A stretch of 51,799 nt of DNA from Anaerolineae bacterium. GTDB taxonomy: Bacteria; Chloroflexota; Anaerolineae; S140-20. The DNA lies in assembly GCA_027021705.1 (NCBI GenBank), contig JALUTT010000047.1, positions 1-51,799 on the forward strand, given 5' to 3'. Below the pieces are notes generated by a model. The model did not search any database, had not been told where the DNA came from, and saw only the letters and a list, made by a program, of their open reading frames with translations. Every line of letters begins with the position of its first letter. The first letter of the stretch is position 1. Below are positions 20,010-29,660 of this stretch, in pieces. The translations under genes were made by a program, and so were the position numbers.

Positions 20010-22553
20010 ATGTCTGTCAAGTCCTTACGTCCAGTCGTTCTGACGGCCACCTTTGCTTTGCTGGCCGTCGCAGGACTGCTGGTAACGATGGGTAGGCCCG
20101 CCCACGCCGCGCCGGATGTGCGCTACGTGGCTCCCGGCGGGAGCGATGCCGGCAACGAGTGCACCGACAGCGCCAACCCCTGCGCCACGGTGCAGCACGC
20201 CGTGGACGTGGCCCAACCTGGTGACGAGATCCGCGTCGCTGCCGGAGTCTACACCGGCGTGCAGGGGCGGACGGCGCCGACCGGCTACCCCGGCACGACG
20301 GTCGTCACCCAGGTGGTCTACATCAGCAAGACGCTGACGGTGTGCGGCGGCTACACCACCACCAACTGGACCACCCCCGACCCGGCCGCCAACCCCACCA
20401 CGCTGGACGCCCAGGGACAGGGGCGGGGGCTCTTTATCGGCGGGGGCATCACCGTCACCGTCGAGGGGCTGCGGGTCACCGGCGGGGACGCCACCGGCCT
20501 TGGCGGCGGCTACTCGAATGGCGACGCCGGCGGCGGGGTCTACGTCTACCAGAGCACGGCCACCATCAGCGCTACCACAATCTACAGCAACGTAGCCCAG
20601 AGCGGAGGGGCGGGTTCGACCGGCTACGGCGGCGGCCTGTCAGCCCATACCGGCCACGTCACACTGCTCAACAGCCGGCTCCTCTCCAACACGGCCTCGA
20701 CCACCGGCGCCGGATACGGCGGAGGAGCCGGGTTCTACGGCTACAACGGCGGATCGGCCACGCTCATCAGCAACACCATTCGGGGCAACCGGGCCAGCAC
20801 GGGCGCCGCCACTTACAAGTACGGATACGGTGGTGGCCTCTCCTTCCGCTCGATGGAGCAGGGGGCTGTCTTCCTGGAAAGCAACCTCATCCAGGACAAC
20901 ACGGCTATGGACGGCAATGAGAGTGGATACGGGGGAGGGATATACCTCCAGAACGCACTCACTACCACCATCATCAGCAACACGATCCAGGGAAACACGG
21001 CCAGCCACTCGACGGCCGGCACCTCCAAGGGCGGCTACGGCGGCGGACTCTGGATACAGAACAGCCCGGGATCCGTGGCCCACAATACCATCATCAGCAA
21101 CACGGGATGCACGGGCTGTTCCGGCTCCGGTGGAGGGACGTGGGTCGACGCAGACGTCACGGTGAGCGACAACACGATCAGTGGAAACGCGGCCAGCCTG
21201 ACCTCCAGGGGGAAGGGTGGTGGGCTGTACTTCTCACGTGGTACTGACGTGCAGGGCAACACCATCACGGGGAACACCGCCAGCCGTGATAACCTGGGCT
21301 ACGGCGGAGGAGCATACCTTTCCCTGTGGTCTGCCACCTTTGGCAGCAACACCGTGGCCGACAACGTCGCCAGCCGGAACGGCGAGGGCTGGGGCGGCGG
21401 ATTGTACGTGAACGGAACCACAGGGGCCGCGCCCGTCCTGGCGGGCAATCGGATCCTCACCAACACCGCCAGCCTCTCCTCCACCGGGAAGGGCGGCGGC
21501 CTCTTCCTGACGGTCTCCACCCTCTCATTGACGACCAACACGATCGCCTTCAACGTCGCCGGCGGCGGGGGCGCCGGCGACGGCGGCGGGATATATTCCG
21601 AGGTGGGCGACCTCGCCTTTTCCGCCAACCTCATCTACAGCAACACGGCCACTTTAAGCGAAACCGCCACCGGTCGGGGCGGCGGGCTCTACGGAGACCG
21701 GGACAGCATCGCTATGGTCAACAACCTCATCGCCGATAACCACGCCAACACCGCCGGGAGCGGCTTTTACCTTGCGGGCACTTCCTCCACCCCCTTCTCC
21801 GGCCAATTCGCCCACAATACCATCGCCGACAATCACAGCAGCGGTCAGGGGGTCTACGCTGGCGACTACGCCACGCTGGTCTTCACCAATACCATCATCG
21901 CCGGCCACGCCACGGCGGGAGTCACCACCACCGCCGGGGCGGTGGTCACGATGACGGCGACCCTCTGGCACGGCAACGGCAGCGACGTGGGCGGGCCGGG
22001 CAGCATCTACACCGCCACGAACCTCTATGGCGACCCGGCCTTTGCTGACCCCTCGGCCTGGGACTATCACCTCACCGCCGGTTCACCGGCCATTGACGCC
22101 GGGGTGAATGCAGGCGTGACGACCGACTTTGAGGGCGACCCCCGGCCGGCCGGAGCCGGTTACGACCTGGGGGCCGACGAGTATTACACCATCGGGGTAC
22201 AGCTATCCCCCGATCGCAGTGGTGTGGGCAGCCCGGTTCAGGCTGCCGTCTACACCCATACCCTGACCAACACCGGCAACTACACCGACACCTTCACCAT
22301 AACCGGGCAGGCCCCGTCCGGCTGGACGATGCAGATCGCCCCGAACTCCGTCACCCTGGGGCAGGGGGCCGCTCAGATGATCTCGGTCACGGTCACCCTG
22401 CCGACCGACGCCATCAGCGGCACTGTGGGGAGCATCGTCATAACCGCCACCTCCCAGGCCGACGCAAGTGTCTTCGCCACGGCGACTGATGCTACCACGG
22501 TCTGGGTGCGGCGCATCTACATCCCGCTGACGCTGCGCAACTATGGGCCATAG
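20010..22553 (+). CDS. Secreted beta-helix protein, paralog of 285-3185; YIPL tail
   Basis: Signal peptide ending AHA; GYGGG repeats; DYHLTAGSPAIDAG...DLGADEY; ends RIYIPLTLRNYGP. Confidence 0.88.
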   Translation: MSVKSLRPVVLTATFALLAVAGLLVTMGRPAHAAPDVRYVAPGGSDAGNECTDSANPCATVQHAVDVAQPGDEIRVAAGVYTGVQGRTAPTGYPGTTVVTQVVYISKTLTVCGGYTTTNWTTPDPAANPTTLDAQGQGRGLFIGGGITVTVEGLRVTGGDATGLGGGYSNGDAGGGVYVYQSTATISATTIYSNVAQSGGAGSTGYGGGLSAHTGHVTLLNSRLLSNTASTTGAGYGGGAGFYGYNGGSATLISNTIRGNRASTGAATYKYGYGGGLSFRSMEQGAVFLESNLIQDNTAMDGNESGYGGGIYLQNALTTTIISNTIQGNTASHSTAGTSKGGYGGGLWIQNSPGSVAHNTIISNTGCTGCSGSGGGTWVDADVTVSDNTISGNAASLTSRGKGGGLYFSRGTDVQGNTITGNTASRDNLGYGGGAYLSLWSATFGSNTVADNVASRNGEGWGGGLYVNGTTGAAPVLAGNRILTNTASLSSTGKGGGLFLTVSTLSLTTNTIAFNVAGGGGAGDGGGIYSEVGDLAFSANLIYSNTATLSETATGRGGGLYGDRDSIAMVNNLIADNHANTAGSGFYLAGTSSTPFSGQFAHNTIADNHSSGQGVYAGDYATLVFTNTIIAGHATAGVTTTAGAVVTMTATLWHGNGSDVGGPGSIYTATNLYGDPAFADPSAWDYHLTAGSPAIDAGVNAGVTTDFEGDPRPAGAGYDLGADEYYTIGVQLSPDRSGVGSPVQAAVYTHTLTNTGNYTDTFTITGQAPSGWTMQIAPNSVTLGQGAAQMISVTVTLPTDAISGTVGSIVITATSQADASVFATATDATTVWVRRIYIPLTLRNYGP

Positions 22554-22589
22554 GTAGGGGTGGGGCTTGCACCCGCCTTCCTGCCGTTA

Positions 22590-22620
22590 CCCTCCCGCAG
22601 GCTCCGAGCCTGCGGGAGGG
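22590..22620. repeat. Short derivative of element A (hairpin)
   Basis: ccctcccgcagg-ctccgag-cctgcgggaggg. Confidence 0.8.
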
Positions 22621-22647
22621 ACAGACAAAGAAAGGGAGAGAGACACA

Positions 22648-23685
22648 ATGGTTAAGAAAGTCCTGTTTCTGACGACATTGCTCGCAATTCTCGCAAGCGG
22701 GTGCAAACCCGGAGCATCTGCGCCTGTCACCGAGACCGCGTCTGCCGTCCCCGCCAACACCCCCATCCCGACGGACACCCCTTTCCCCCCCACGCCCACA
22801 CCCACCCCGACGGAGACGCCCCTCCCCCCAACACCCACCCCCACCCCGACGGAAACGCCTGTCCCTCCCACGCCAACGCCGGAACTGCCGCGGGAATCCG
22901 GCCTGGAGGCTAACCCTCAGCGGGTGGAGTTCCAGGCCCAGGACGGCACGCAGTTGGTGGGATATTATTACCCCTCCCGTTTCGCCGATGCTCACATCAT
23001 CGTCCTGGCGCACTGGGCCGGCGGCAATCAGCGGGACTGGGTAGAGATCGCCATGTGGCTCCAGAACCGCCGGGACGAGGTAACCGAGTACCCGCAGCCG
23101 ACCGATGACACCTCCCTCGGCCCCTGGCTCGATCCCTCCTGGTTCCCTCCGATGCCCGCCGACGTCTCCTTTGCCGTCTTCACCTTCGACTTCCGGGGGT
23201 TTGGCGAGAGTGCCTCGGGAGCGTGGGAGGATATGCTACAGGACGCCCAGGCTGCCTTCGAGACGGCGGCGGAGATGGAGGGGATCGACCCGCAGCGGAT
23301 GGCGGGGATCGGAGCCAGCATCGGTGCCGACGGCGCGCCCGGCGGCTGTTTGCTCTACAATCAGACGCAGGGCGGCGGCTGCCTGGGGGCAATGGCCCTT
23401 TCGCCGGGCAACTACTTGGTGGACTTTGCCTCGGTGGTGGAGCAACTGGAGGCCCTCGACCCGCAGGCCGAGGTCTGGTGCCTGGCGGATAAAGAGGACG
23501 AGGCCGCCTACACGACCTGCAAACCCATCAGTGGAGACCTGTACCAGTTCTACGTTTTCCAGAACGCCGGGCATGGGATGATGCTCATTCGCCCTAAAGT
23601 GGAACCGCAGCCGCTGGTGCTGATCCAGCAGTTCCTGGGAGAACTGTTTGGGATTCCCTCCCTGAAAGGCTCAAAAACTCGGTGA
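22648..23685 (+). CDS. Lipoprotein with Pro/Thr linker and alpha/beta-hydrolase domain
   Basis: Lipobox LASGC; PTPTPTETP repeats; FDFRGFGES; GASIG nucleophile elbow; AGHG His. Confidence 0.85.
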   Translation: MVKKVLFLTTLLAILASGCKPGASAPVTETASAVPANTPIPTDTPFPPTPTPTPTETPLPPTPTPTPTETPVPPTPTPELPRESGLEANPQRVEFQAQDGTQLVGYYYPSRFADAHIIVLAHWAGGNQRDWVEIAMWLQNRRDEVTEYPQPTDDTSLGPWLDPSWFPPMPADVSFAVFTFDFRGFGESASGAWEDMLQDAQAAFETAAEMEGIDPQRMAGIGASIGADGAPGGCLLYNQTQGGGCLGAMALSPGNYLVDFASVVEQLEALDPQAEVWCLADKEDEAAYTTCKPISGDLYQFYVFQNAGHGMMLIRPKVEPQPLVLIQQFLGELFGIPSLKGSKTR

Positions 23686-23698
23686 AATTCCGTTGCCA

Positions 23699-23733
23699 CC
23701 CTCCCGCAGGCTCCCTGGTACTCAGCCTGCGGG
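23699..23733. repeat. Short degenerate derivative of element A
   Basis: ccctcccgcaggct...agcctgcggga. Confidence 0.7.
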
Positions 23734-23764
23734 AAAGATCCATGGCAGGCGAAAGGAGGCTGAA

Positions 23765-26530
23765 ATGCGCTTGCAAAGTTGGTTATCGTTTGTGGTGTTG
23801 ATCGCCCTGTTGCTGGTCGGCAGGGCTTCTCCAGCGGCCTCCTGGGCTGCTCATGGATCGCTCCCCCTGGCCGACTGGGGCGACGGATCCCTTCTCTTCG
23901 TCGAGAACGTGGGTCAGTTCGACCCCCGCGCCCACTTCCAGGTGCGCGGGGGTGATGCCACTCTCTGGCTGGCCGAAGATGGGCTGTGGATAACCCTCAC
24001 CCCCTCCCCCCTTGCCCCCCTCCCCCTCTCCCAAGATTGGGAGAGGGGGAGGGGAACGGCCGTCAGGCCGGGGGGAGGGGGTGAGGGCGTCGTCCTTCAC
24101 CTCTCTTTCCCCGGTGCCGCTCCCCACCCCCGCCTGATGCCCTTCGGTCGGCAAGAGATGGTGGTTAACTACTACCGGGGGAACGACCCGGCGCAATGGC
24201 ACACCCACGTGCCCGTGTGGGGCGGCGTGCGGTACGTGGACCTCTACCCCGGCGTGGACCTGGAGATCACCGGCGTGGGCGGCTACCTCGCCTGGCGGCT
24301 GGTCGCGCAACACGCAACAGGCAGCCCGGAGGATGTGCGCCTGCGGGTGGAGGGGGCAGAGGATGTCACGGTGGAGGGGAACGTCCTGCGCCTGACCACG
24401 GCAGTGGGCACTTTCACCCTGCCGCTCTTGCAGGGAGAAGGCCCCGCCGTGCCCCAGGTGCGCCCGGCAGAGGGAGGGGGGTTCCTGGTGACCGCCCCCT
24501 TTGCTCCGAGAAGCGCCGGACCCACGGCAGTGGAGGCCGCCAGCGCGCTACTCCTGGGCACTTACCTGGGCGGCAGCGGCGGGGACCGGGTGGAAGGGAT
24601 CGCGGCCGACGGCACCGGGGCGGTCTACGTCACCGGCTGGACCTTCTCCACCAACTTCCCCACCGAGGGGCCGGGGGCGACCTCCTCGCTGAGCGGCAAC
24701 TGCGACGCCTTCATCACCAAACTGGAGACCTCGCCGACCGGCACTTTCCGCCCTGCCTACAGCACCTACCTGGGCGGCTCCTACACCAGCGACGATTACA
24801 AGGATTCCATCACCGAGAGCGGGATGGACATTGCCGTGGAGAACGGCGCGGCCTACGTGGCCGGGTACACCTGGTCGAACGACTTCCCCACCACCGCCGG
24901 GGCCTACGACACCACCTTCAACGGGCCGACCGTCTCGCCCGATGCCACCCCTGAGCGGCCCGGCTGGGACGGATTCGTCGTCAAACTGGATTCCTCCGGC
25001 AACCTGGCCTACTCCACCTACCTGGGCGGCTCCGGCTACGACGTTCCCGGCGGCGGGCGCGGCGGCGGCGACGATGAAGCACGGGGCATTGCCGTGAGAG
25101 ATGGCATCCTCTACGTCACCGGCTACACCAAGTCCTCAGACTTCCCCACCACCGCCGGGGCCTACGACCGTACCTACGCCAACGTGGACGTGGGCCTCAA
25201 CGACGACGTCTTCGTGGTCAAGCTGAACCCGGCCGGTAACGGGAACGCCGACCTCCTCTACGGCACCTTCGTCGGCGGCGGGATGCCGGAGGTGGGCAAC
25301 GATCTCGCCGTGGACGGTTCCGGCGTCGTCTACGTCACCGGTTGGACCGGCGACATCTTCGGCCCTGCCATCACCAACGACTTTCCCACCACCGGGGGGG
25401 CATACGACCCCCAGTCTCCGGCGGACGACGTAGAGGCTTTCTTCTTCCGGCTGAACCCGGCCGGCAACGGCGATGCGGACCTCCTCTACTCGACCTTCCT
25501 GGGCGGGAACGGCGGCTCCGATTACGGCCACGCCGTCGCAGTGGACGGGGCGGGGAACGTCTATCTCGTCGGGAGCACGACCTCGTCCGATTTCCCCGCC
25601 ACCCCCGGCGCCTTCGACACCACCTGTGGCACCGACGGCCGGTGCAACTCCACCGCCGGCTGGGGAGCCTACGACGACGTGTTCGTCGCCAAACTGAACC
25701 CGGCCGGAGGCGGCACATCCGACCTGCTCTACGCCACCTTCCTGGGTGGGAGCCATACTGACGGCTGGATCGTGGACTGGGCCGACATCGCGATAGATGG
25801 AAGTGGGGATGTGTACATCACCGGCTTGACCTCTTCCAGCGACTTTCCCCTCACGCCGGATGCCTATGACGACACGTACAGTTACACCGACGCTTTTGTG
25901 ACCCGCCTCAGCCTCCAGGGGAAGGGACAAGATGACCTGGTCTACAGCACTTTTCTAGGCGGGAGCGACGTAGACAAGGGACTGGGAGTGGCCCTCGAAT
26001 CCGAAGGCGTCATCTGGATCGCCGGTTACACCAAGTCATCAGACTTCCCCACCACCGATGACGCCTTCGACAAGCTTTACAACGGCGGCGGCGACGGCTT
26101 TGTAGTCAAGATGATGGCCCCGCCGCCCACGCCCGACCTCTCCCCCTCGACCAAGGAGGTGAACCCCACCGTCGCATCTGCCGGGGAGGTGGTCACCTTC
26201 ACCGCGCGTCTGGTCAACAGTGGGATGATCAGCGCCACCGTCGCCTTCACCGACACCCTGCCCGCATCGCTGCTCCTGCAGGGCACCCCCACCGCCAGCG
26301 CCGGCCCCACCCCGACGGTGAACGGGCAAACCATCACCTGGACAGGCAGTGTGGCAGCGAACGACCGGGTCACCATCACCTACGCCACCCTGCTCACCTC
26401 GACCGTGACGCTCACGCCCACCGTCTTCAACCAGGCCGAGATCAACGACGGGCACGGCAACGTGTACGTGCGCCGGGCCTACGTGAATGGGCACCGCCTC
26501 TTCCTGGCCATCGTGCTCAAGAACCGGTGA
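23765..26530 (+). CDS. Secreted SBBP beta-propeller repeat protein with C-terminal DUF11-like domain; FLAIV variant tail
   Basis: Signal peptide; FVENVGQFD, NYYRGNDPAQW; YSTYLGGS/YVTGxTxSxDFP repeats; ends RLFLAIVLKNR. Confidence 0.88.
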   Translation: MRLQSWLSFVVLIALLLVGRASPAASWAAHGSLPLADWGDGSLLFVENVGQFDPRAHFQVRGGDATLWLAEDGLWITLTPSPLAPLPLSQDWERGRGTAVRPGGGGEGVVLHLSFPGAAPHPRLMPFGRQEMVVNYYRGNDPAQWHTHVPVWGGVRYVDLYPGVDLEITGVGGYLAWRLVAQHATGSPEDVRLRVEGAEDVTVEGNVLRLTTAVGTFTLPLLQGEGPAVPQVRPAEGGGFLVTAPFAPRSAGPTAVEAASALLLGTYLGGSGGDRVEGIAADGTGAVYVTGWTFSTNFPTEGPGATSSLSGNCDAFITKLETSPTGTFRPAYSTYLGGSYTSDDYKDSITESGMDIAVENGAAYVAGYTWSNDFPTTAGAYDTTFNGPTVSPDATPERPGWDGFVVKLDSSGNLAYSTYLGGSGYDVPGGGRGGGDDEARGIAVRDGILYVTGYTKSSDFPTTAGAYDRTYANVDVGLNDDVFVVKLNPAGNGNADLLYGTFVGGGMPEVGNDLAVDGSGVVYVTGWTGDIFGPAITNDFPTTGGAYDPQSPADDVEAFFFRLNPAGNGDADLLYSTFLGGNGGSDYGHAVAVDGAGNVYLVGSTTSSDFPATPGAFDTTCGTDGRCNSTAGWGAYDDVFVAKLNPAGGGTSDLLYATFLGGSHTDGWIVDWADIAIDGSGDVYITGLTSSSDFPLTPDAYDDTYSYTDAFVTRLSLQGKGQDDLVYSTFLGGSDVDKGLGVALESEGVIWIAGYTKSSDFPTTDDAFDKLYNGGGDGFVVKMMAPPPTPDLSPSTKEVNPTVASAGEVVTFTARLVNSGMISATVAFTDTLPASLLLQGTPTASAGPTPTVNGQTITWTGSVAANDRVTITYATLLTSTVTLTPTVFNQAEINDGHGNVYVRRAYVNGHRLFLAIVLKNR
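23994..24087. repeat. REP-like nested palindrome lying in-frame inside the SBBP gene
   Basis: ccctcaccccctcccccc/ggggggagggggtgaggg outer arms; cccctccccctctcccaa/ttgggagagggggagggg inner arms; cggcc-gtca-ggccg. Confidence 0.85.
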
Positions 26531-26621
26531 AGGTTGAGAGGGAGCGAGACCTCTCGACGATAACCGCCGGGCTCGGCTGAGAGCGGGCGTTGCCTGCATC
26601 GTCCAGTACGTCGGCAGAAGG

Positions 26622-29600
26622 TCACTCCTTGACCACCAAAGGCAGGTAGAGTTGGGGTTGCAAGTTGGGAATCGGCCAACTCCCCTCCTTCAAGTTATCC
26701 CCCGAAGCCACCAGCGCGAAGGGCTGCGGCCCCTGCGGCACGCTGTAGCCGTGGACGATGACGGTGTAGGTGCCGTAGAGCGCGTTGGGGATGATGATGC
26801 CCTCCACATTGTTGCAGGCATCCCACTTTCCACTCCGCAGGCACTGCCCCGTGGTGTAAAGCCCCTGGTTGCCGTAGTAATGGGTGCCGTCGGGAGCGAT
26901 CACCTCCAGGTCCAGGTCGTTGACCAGAGCCTTGGCCGCCGACGGTTGGCCCGGATAATCCGTCCAGGCCAAGGTGATGCGGAAAGGACCACCGGTGAGG
27001 GTCGTGGTCGGCGTAGAGGTGGGTGTCGGCGTCGGCGTAGCGTCTGGCGTGGTCACGTAGAGGGCCGTGTCGTCCACCCAGGCCCGACTGCTCAGGGAGC
27101 CATCCGTTTGGACGAAGAAGCCGAAAAGCACCGTCTGACCGACCACGGAGGCCAGTTCGGTAGCGCTGAGGCTGTAGACCTCTCTGGTCCAGTCCTGATT
27201 CCCTATCTGACCAAAGTCGGCGCAGCGCTGCACGTAAACCGTGGTCCCTGTCTGATCCCAGATGCTGTAGCAGAAATAGTCTACAGACGTCCAGATCTCG
27301 TCGGTGAGCATGCGATACCAAAAGTCAATGGTTACAGCGGTGGCGTCGGCAGGGATGCCCACCTGCTGCCAGAACTGGTCATTGGCATTGTCAGCATTGC
27401 CCAGGTGGGCCGACCAAGAGCCCGTGTGGGTGACGACATCGGTCAGGTATGGCCAGCCGTAGGTCTGCCAGGGGGACCAGCTTCCCGTCTCAAAGCCAGA
27501 GTTCTGGAGCACCTGGGAGGTCCCCGCCGGACGGAAGCCCGCCTCCCCGACGAAGGGGGGGGCTTGGTCGAGCGACCGGACCGCCGGCTGCGCTGATCCC
27601 ATAGCGCGGGAAGGACCGGAGGTCGCTACCGAGAGCGGGGCCTGCCTGCCGGTCGTCTGGGTCGTGCCGACTGTGAGGGTGTACACCGCTGCACCGCCCG
27701 TGCTCAACCCCGTCGTGTTGTCCTTCAACCAGACCTTGCGGGGCGAGGGTGGGTTCAGGCTCTCCACCAGGTCCACCCGGCCCCAGCCGGCGACGTTGTT
27801 GGGCCGCTGGGAGGGGATCTCCTGGGTAGAACCGGTGCCGTACTGGCCGGGGGTCATATCGGCGGTGCCGTTGACGAGGACCGCCTTCATCAGCGCGGCG
27901 CTGGGATTGGTCACCCCTTTAATGCGGGTCAGCCACTCCCGCACGATGGCCGCCGCCCCGGCGGTCAGCGGCGTTGCCATGCTGGTGCCGCCCATGTAGA
28001 GGTAGTGCTCGTTGTAGACACCCCACCCCGTCCCCGCCTGGGGATCGTGGGAACGGGCGGAGATGATGAAGGTCCCTGGAGCGACCAGATCGGGCTTGAT
28101 CCGTCCATCGTCGGTAGGCCCCCGGCTGGAGAAGGCGGCCATCCCATCGGAGTCGTCGGCTATCTGGTCGCTGAAGATCGGATCTACCGGGAAGTCACTG
28201 GGCCACCCATCCCCCCAGCGGGTGGTGAGGGTGGACCGTAAGTTCTCCGACGCTCCCACCGTGACCACGTTCTTGGCCGTTCCCGGGCTGCCGATAGCGT
28301 CCAGGTCCACCACCCCGTCCGCATCGGCATCCACGCCGCTGTTGCCGGCCGCGTAGAGGATGAGCATATCCTTGTACTGCCACATCATCGTGTCGGCCTG
28401 CTGAGCCTGAGAGTCGTAGCCACCGTATTCAGGGTTTTGGGAAGTCCCTCCTGTTGGTCCTCCCCAGGAGTTGGTGTGCACCCGCGCCCCTTTGTCGTAG
28501 GCCAGCTTGAAGAGGTAGTTGACCAGGTCAGACGGGACACACTCCAGCCCGTTGCCCGGGGCGTTGTCAATGGATTGGAAGACCAGTTGAGCTTCAGGGG
28601 CAACACCAGCGAAGGAGCCCCCATAATTGTGCTGGGATGGATCGCTTCCCGAGAGACGACCATTGCCCAAGACACTCCCCGCCACGTGGGTGCCGTGACC
28701 ATCGAAGTCGTTCCAGGTGGTGCGCCCCCCTTGGAAGAGGGCGCAGATGGCTTGTCCCTCGACGATGCGCCCCTCGAAGTCGTCGCTCATCGCCGAACCG
28801 GTCGTCCCCACGTCCAACCCCGTATCGGCCACCGCCACGATCTGACCCGCGCCGTAGAGGCTCAGGCTGCTGCGCACGTCGTTGGCCCGCATAATCTGGC
28901 CGCCGCCCACGTCGTTGTAGAGCTCCGGCTCGAAGTAGGGCTCCACCCAGAGCACGCCGTCCAGGGCGGCCAGGGCCTCCAGGCGGTCGGGGGCGATGCG
29001 CACCCGGAGGTAGCCGGCGACGGCGTTGGCCCCTCGCCCCAGGACCTTGCCCCCAACCCCCTCGATCGCCCCTTCCAGGGCATCCAGGGCCACATCGGGC
29101 AGCGTCTGCACCGTCACGGTGATCACCTCATCCCCTGCCTCCTGCCCCTTGCCCCTTGCAACCTGCAACTTGCCCCCTGCCCCTTGCAACTTGCTCCCTG
29201 CCCCTTGCAACTTGCCCCCTACCCCTTGCAACTTGCTCCCTGCCCCTTGCAACTCCTCCGCCAGCCGATAGGCAGGGTGATAGAGCCCTACCCAACGGAC
29301 AAAGGGGAGAGAACGCACCTGCTCCGCCACCGCCGGCGTCATCCGGGCGAGGAAGGCGTGGTCAGGGATGTATCCGTAGAGACGGGCCCCCACTCTCTCG
29401 ACCTGCCTCTTCCATACATCGCGCACCGGGCCGGTGAACTGGACCAGGTAGGTAGCCGGACGGTCGGCCTGCACGCTCAGCCGCTGTCCGGCAGGCAAGA
29501 AGGGTTCCCCCTTCAGCGGGTCAAAGGTCGCATAGCGCAGACGGATCTGGGGTGGCGTCGGCGATGAAGCCGCCCGATTCGGCAGGGGAAGCAACACCAG

Positions 29601-29660
29601 CCCCACGATCAGAGCACCCAGGACGAGAAACACTACCAGAGGGCTACGCCTGTGTCTCAT
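26622..29660 (-). CDS. Secreted S8 (subtilisin, KP-43-like) serine peptidase; YLPLV tail
   Basis: Catalytic ADTG, HGTHVAG, GTSMATP; AAGN oxyanion motif; VNDLDL...NNVE C-domain; ends QLYLPLVVKE. Confidence 0.93.
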   Translation of the reverse strand: MRHRRSPLVVFLVLGALIVGLVLLPLPNRAASSPTPPQIRLRYATFDPLKGEPFLPAGQRLSVQADRPATYLVQFTGPVRDVWKRQVERVGARLYGYIPDHAFLARMTPAVAEQVRSLPFVRWVGLYHPAYRLAEELQGAGSKLQGVGGKLQGAGSKLQGAGGKLQVARGKGQEAGDEVITVTVQTLPDVALDALEGAIEGVGGKVLGRGANAVAGYLRVRIAPDRLEALAALDGVLWVEPYFEPELYNDVGGGQIMRANDVRSSLSLYGAGQIVAVADTGLDVGTTGSAMSDDFEGRIVEGQAICALFQGGRTTWNDFDGHGTHVAGSVLGNGRLSGSDPSQHNYGGSFAGVAPEAQLVFQSIDNAPGNGLECVPSDLVNYLFKLAYDKGARVHTNSWGGPTGGTSQNPEYGGYDSQAQQADTMMWQYKDMLILYAAGNSGVDADADGVVDLDAIGSPGTAKNVVTVGASENLRSTLTTRWGDGWPSDFPVDPIFSDQIADDSDGMAAFSSRGPTDDGRIKPDLVAPGTFIISARSHDPQAGTGWGVYNEHYLYMGGTSMATPLTAGAAAIVREWLTRIKGVTNPSAALMKAVLVNGTADMTPGQYGTGSTQEIPSQRPNNVAGWGRVDLVESLNPPSPRKVWLKDNTTGLSTGGAAVYTLTVGTTQTTGRQAPLSVATSGPSRAMGSAQPAVRSLDQAPPFVGEAGFRPAGTSQVLQNSGFETGSWSPWQTYGWPYLTDVVTHTGSWSAHLGNADNANDQFWQQVGIPADATAVTIDFWYRMLTDEIWTSVDYFCYSIWDQTGTTVYVQRCADFGQIGNQDWTREVYSLSATELASVVGQTVLFGFFVQTDGSLSSRAWVDDTALYVTTPDATPTPTPTSTPTTTLTGGPFRITLAWTDYPGQPSAAKALVNDLDLEVIAPDGTHYYGNQGLYTTGQCLRSGKWDACNNVEGIIIPNALYGTYTVIVHGYSVPQGPQPFALVASGDNLKEGSWPIPNLQPQLYLPLVVKE
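29134..29252. repeat. 17 tandem heptamers (CYTGCCC/CYTGCAA/CTTGCTC) in-frame in the S8 prodomain
   Basis: Encodes (LQGAG[SG]K)n; same unit as the 255-282 intergenic repeat. Confidence 0.9.

Noticed and set aside
22760..22880. C-rich DNA repeats
   Set aside because: Explained by the Pro/Thr linker of the lipoprotein.
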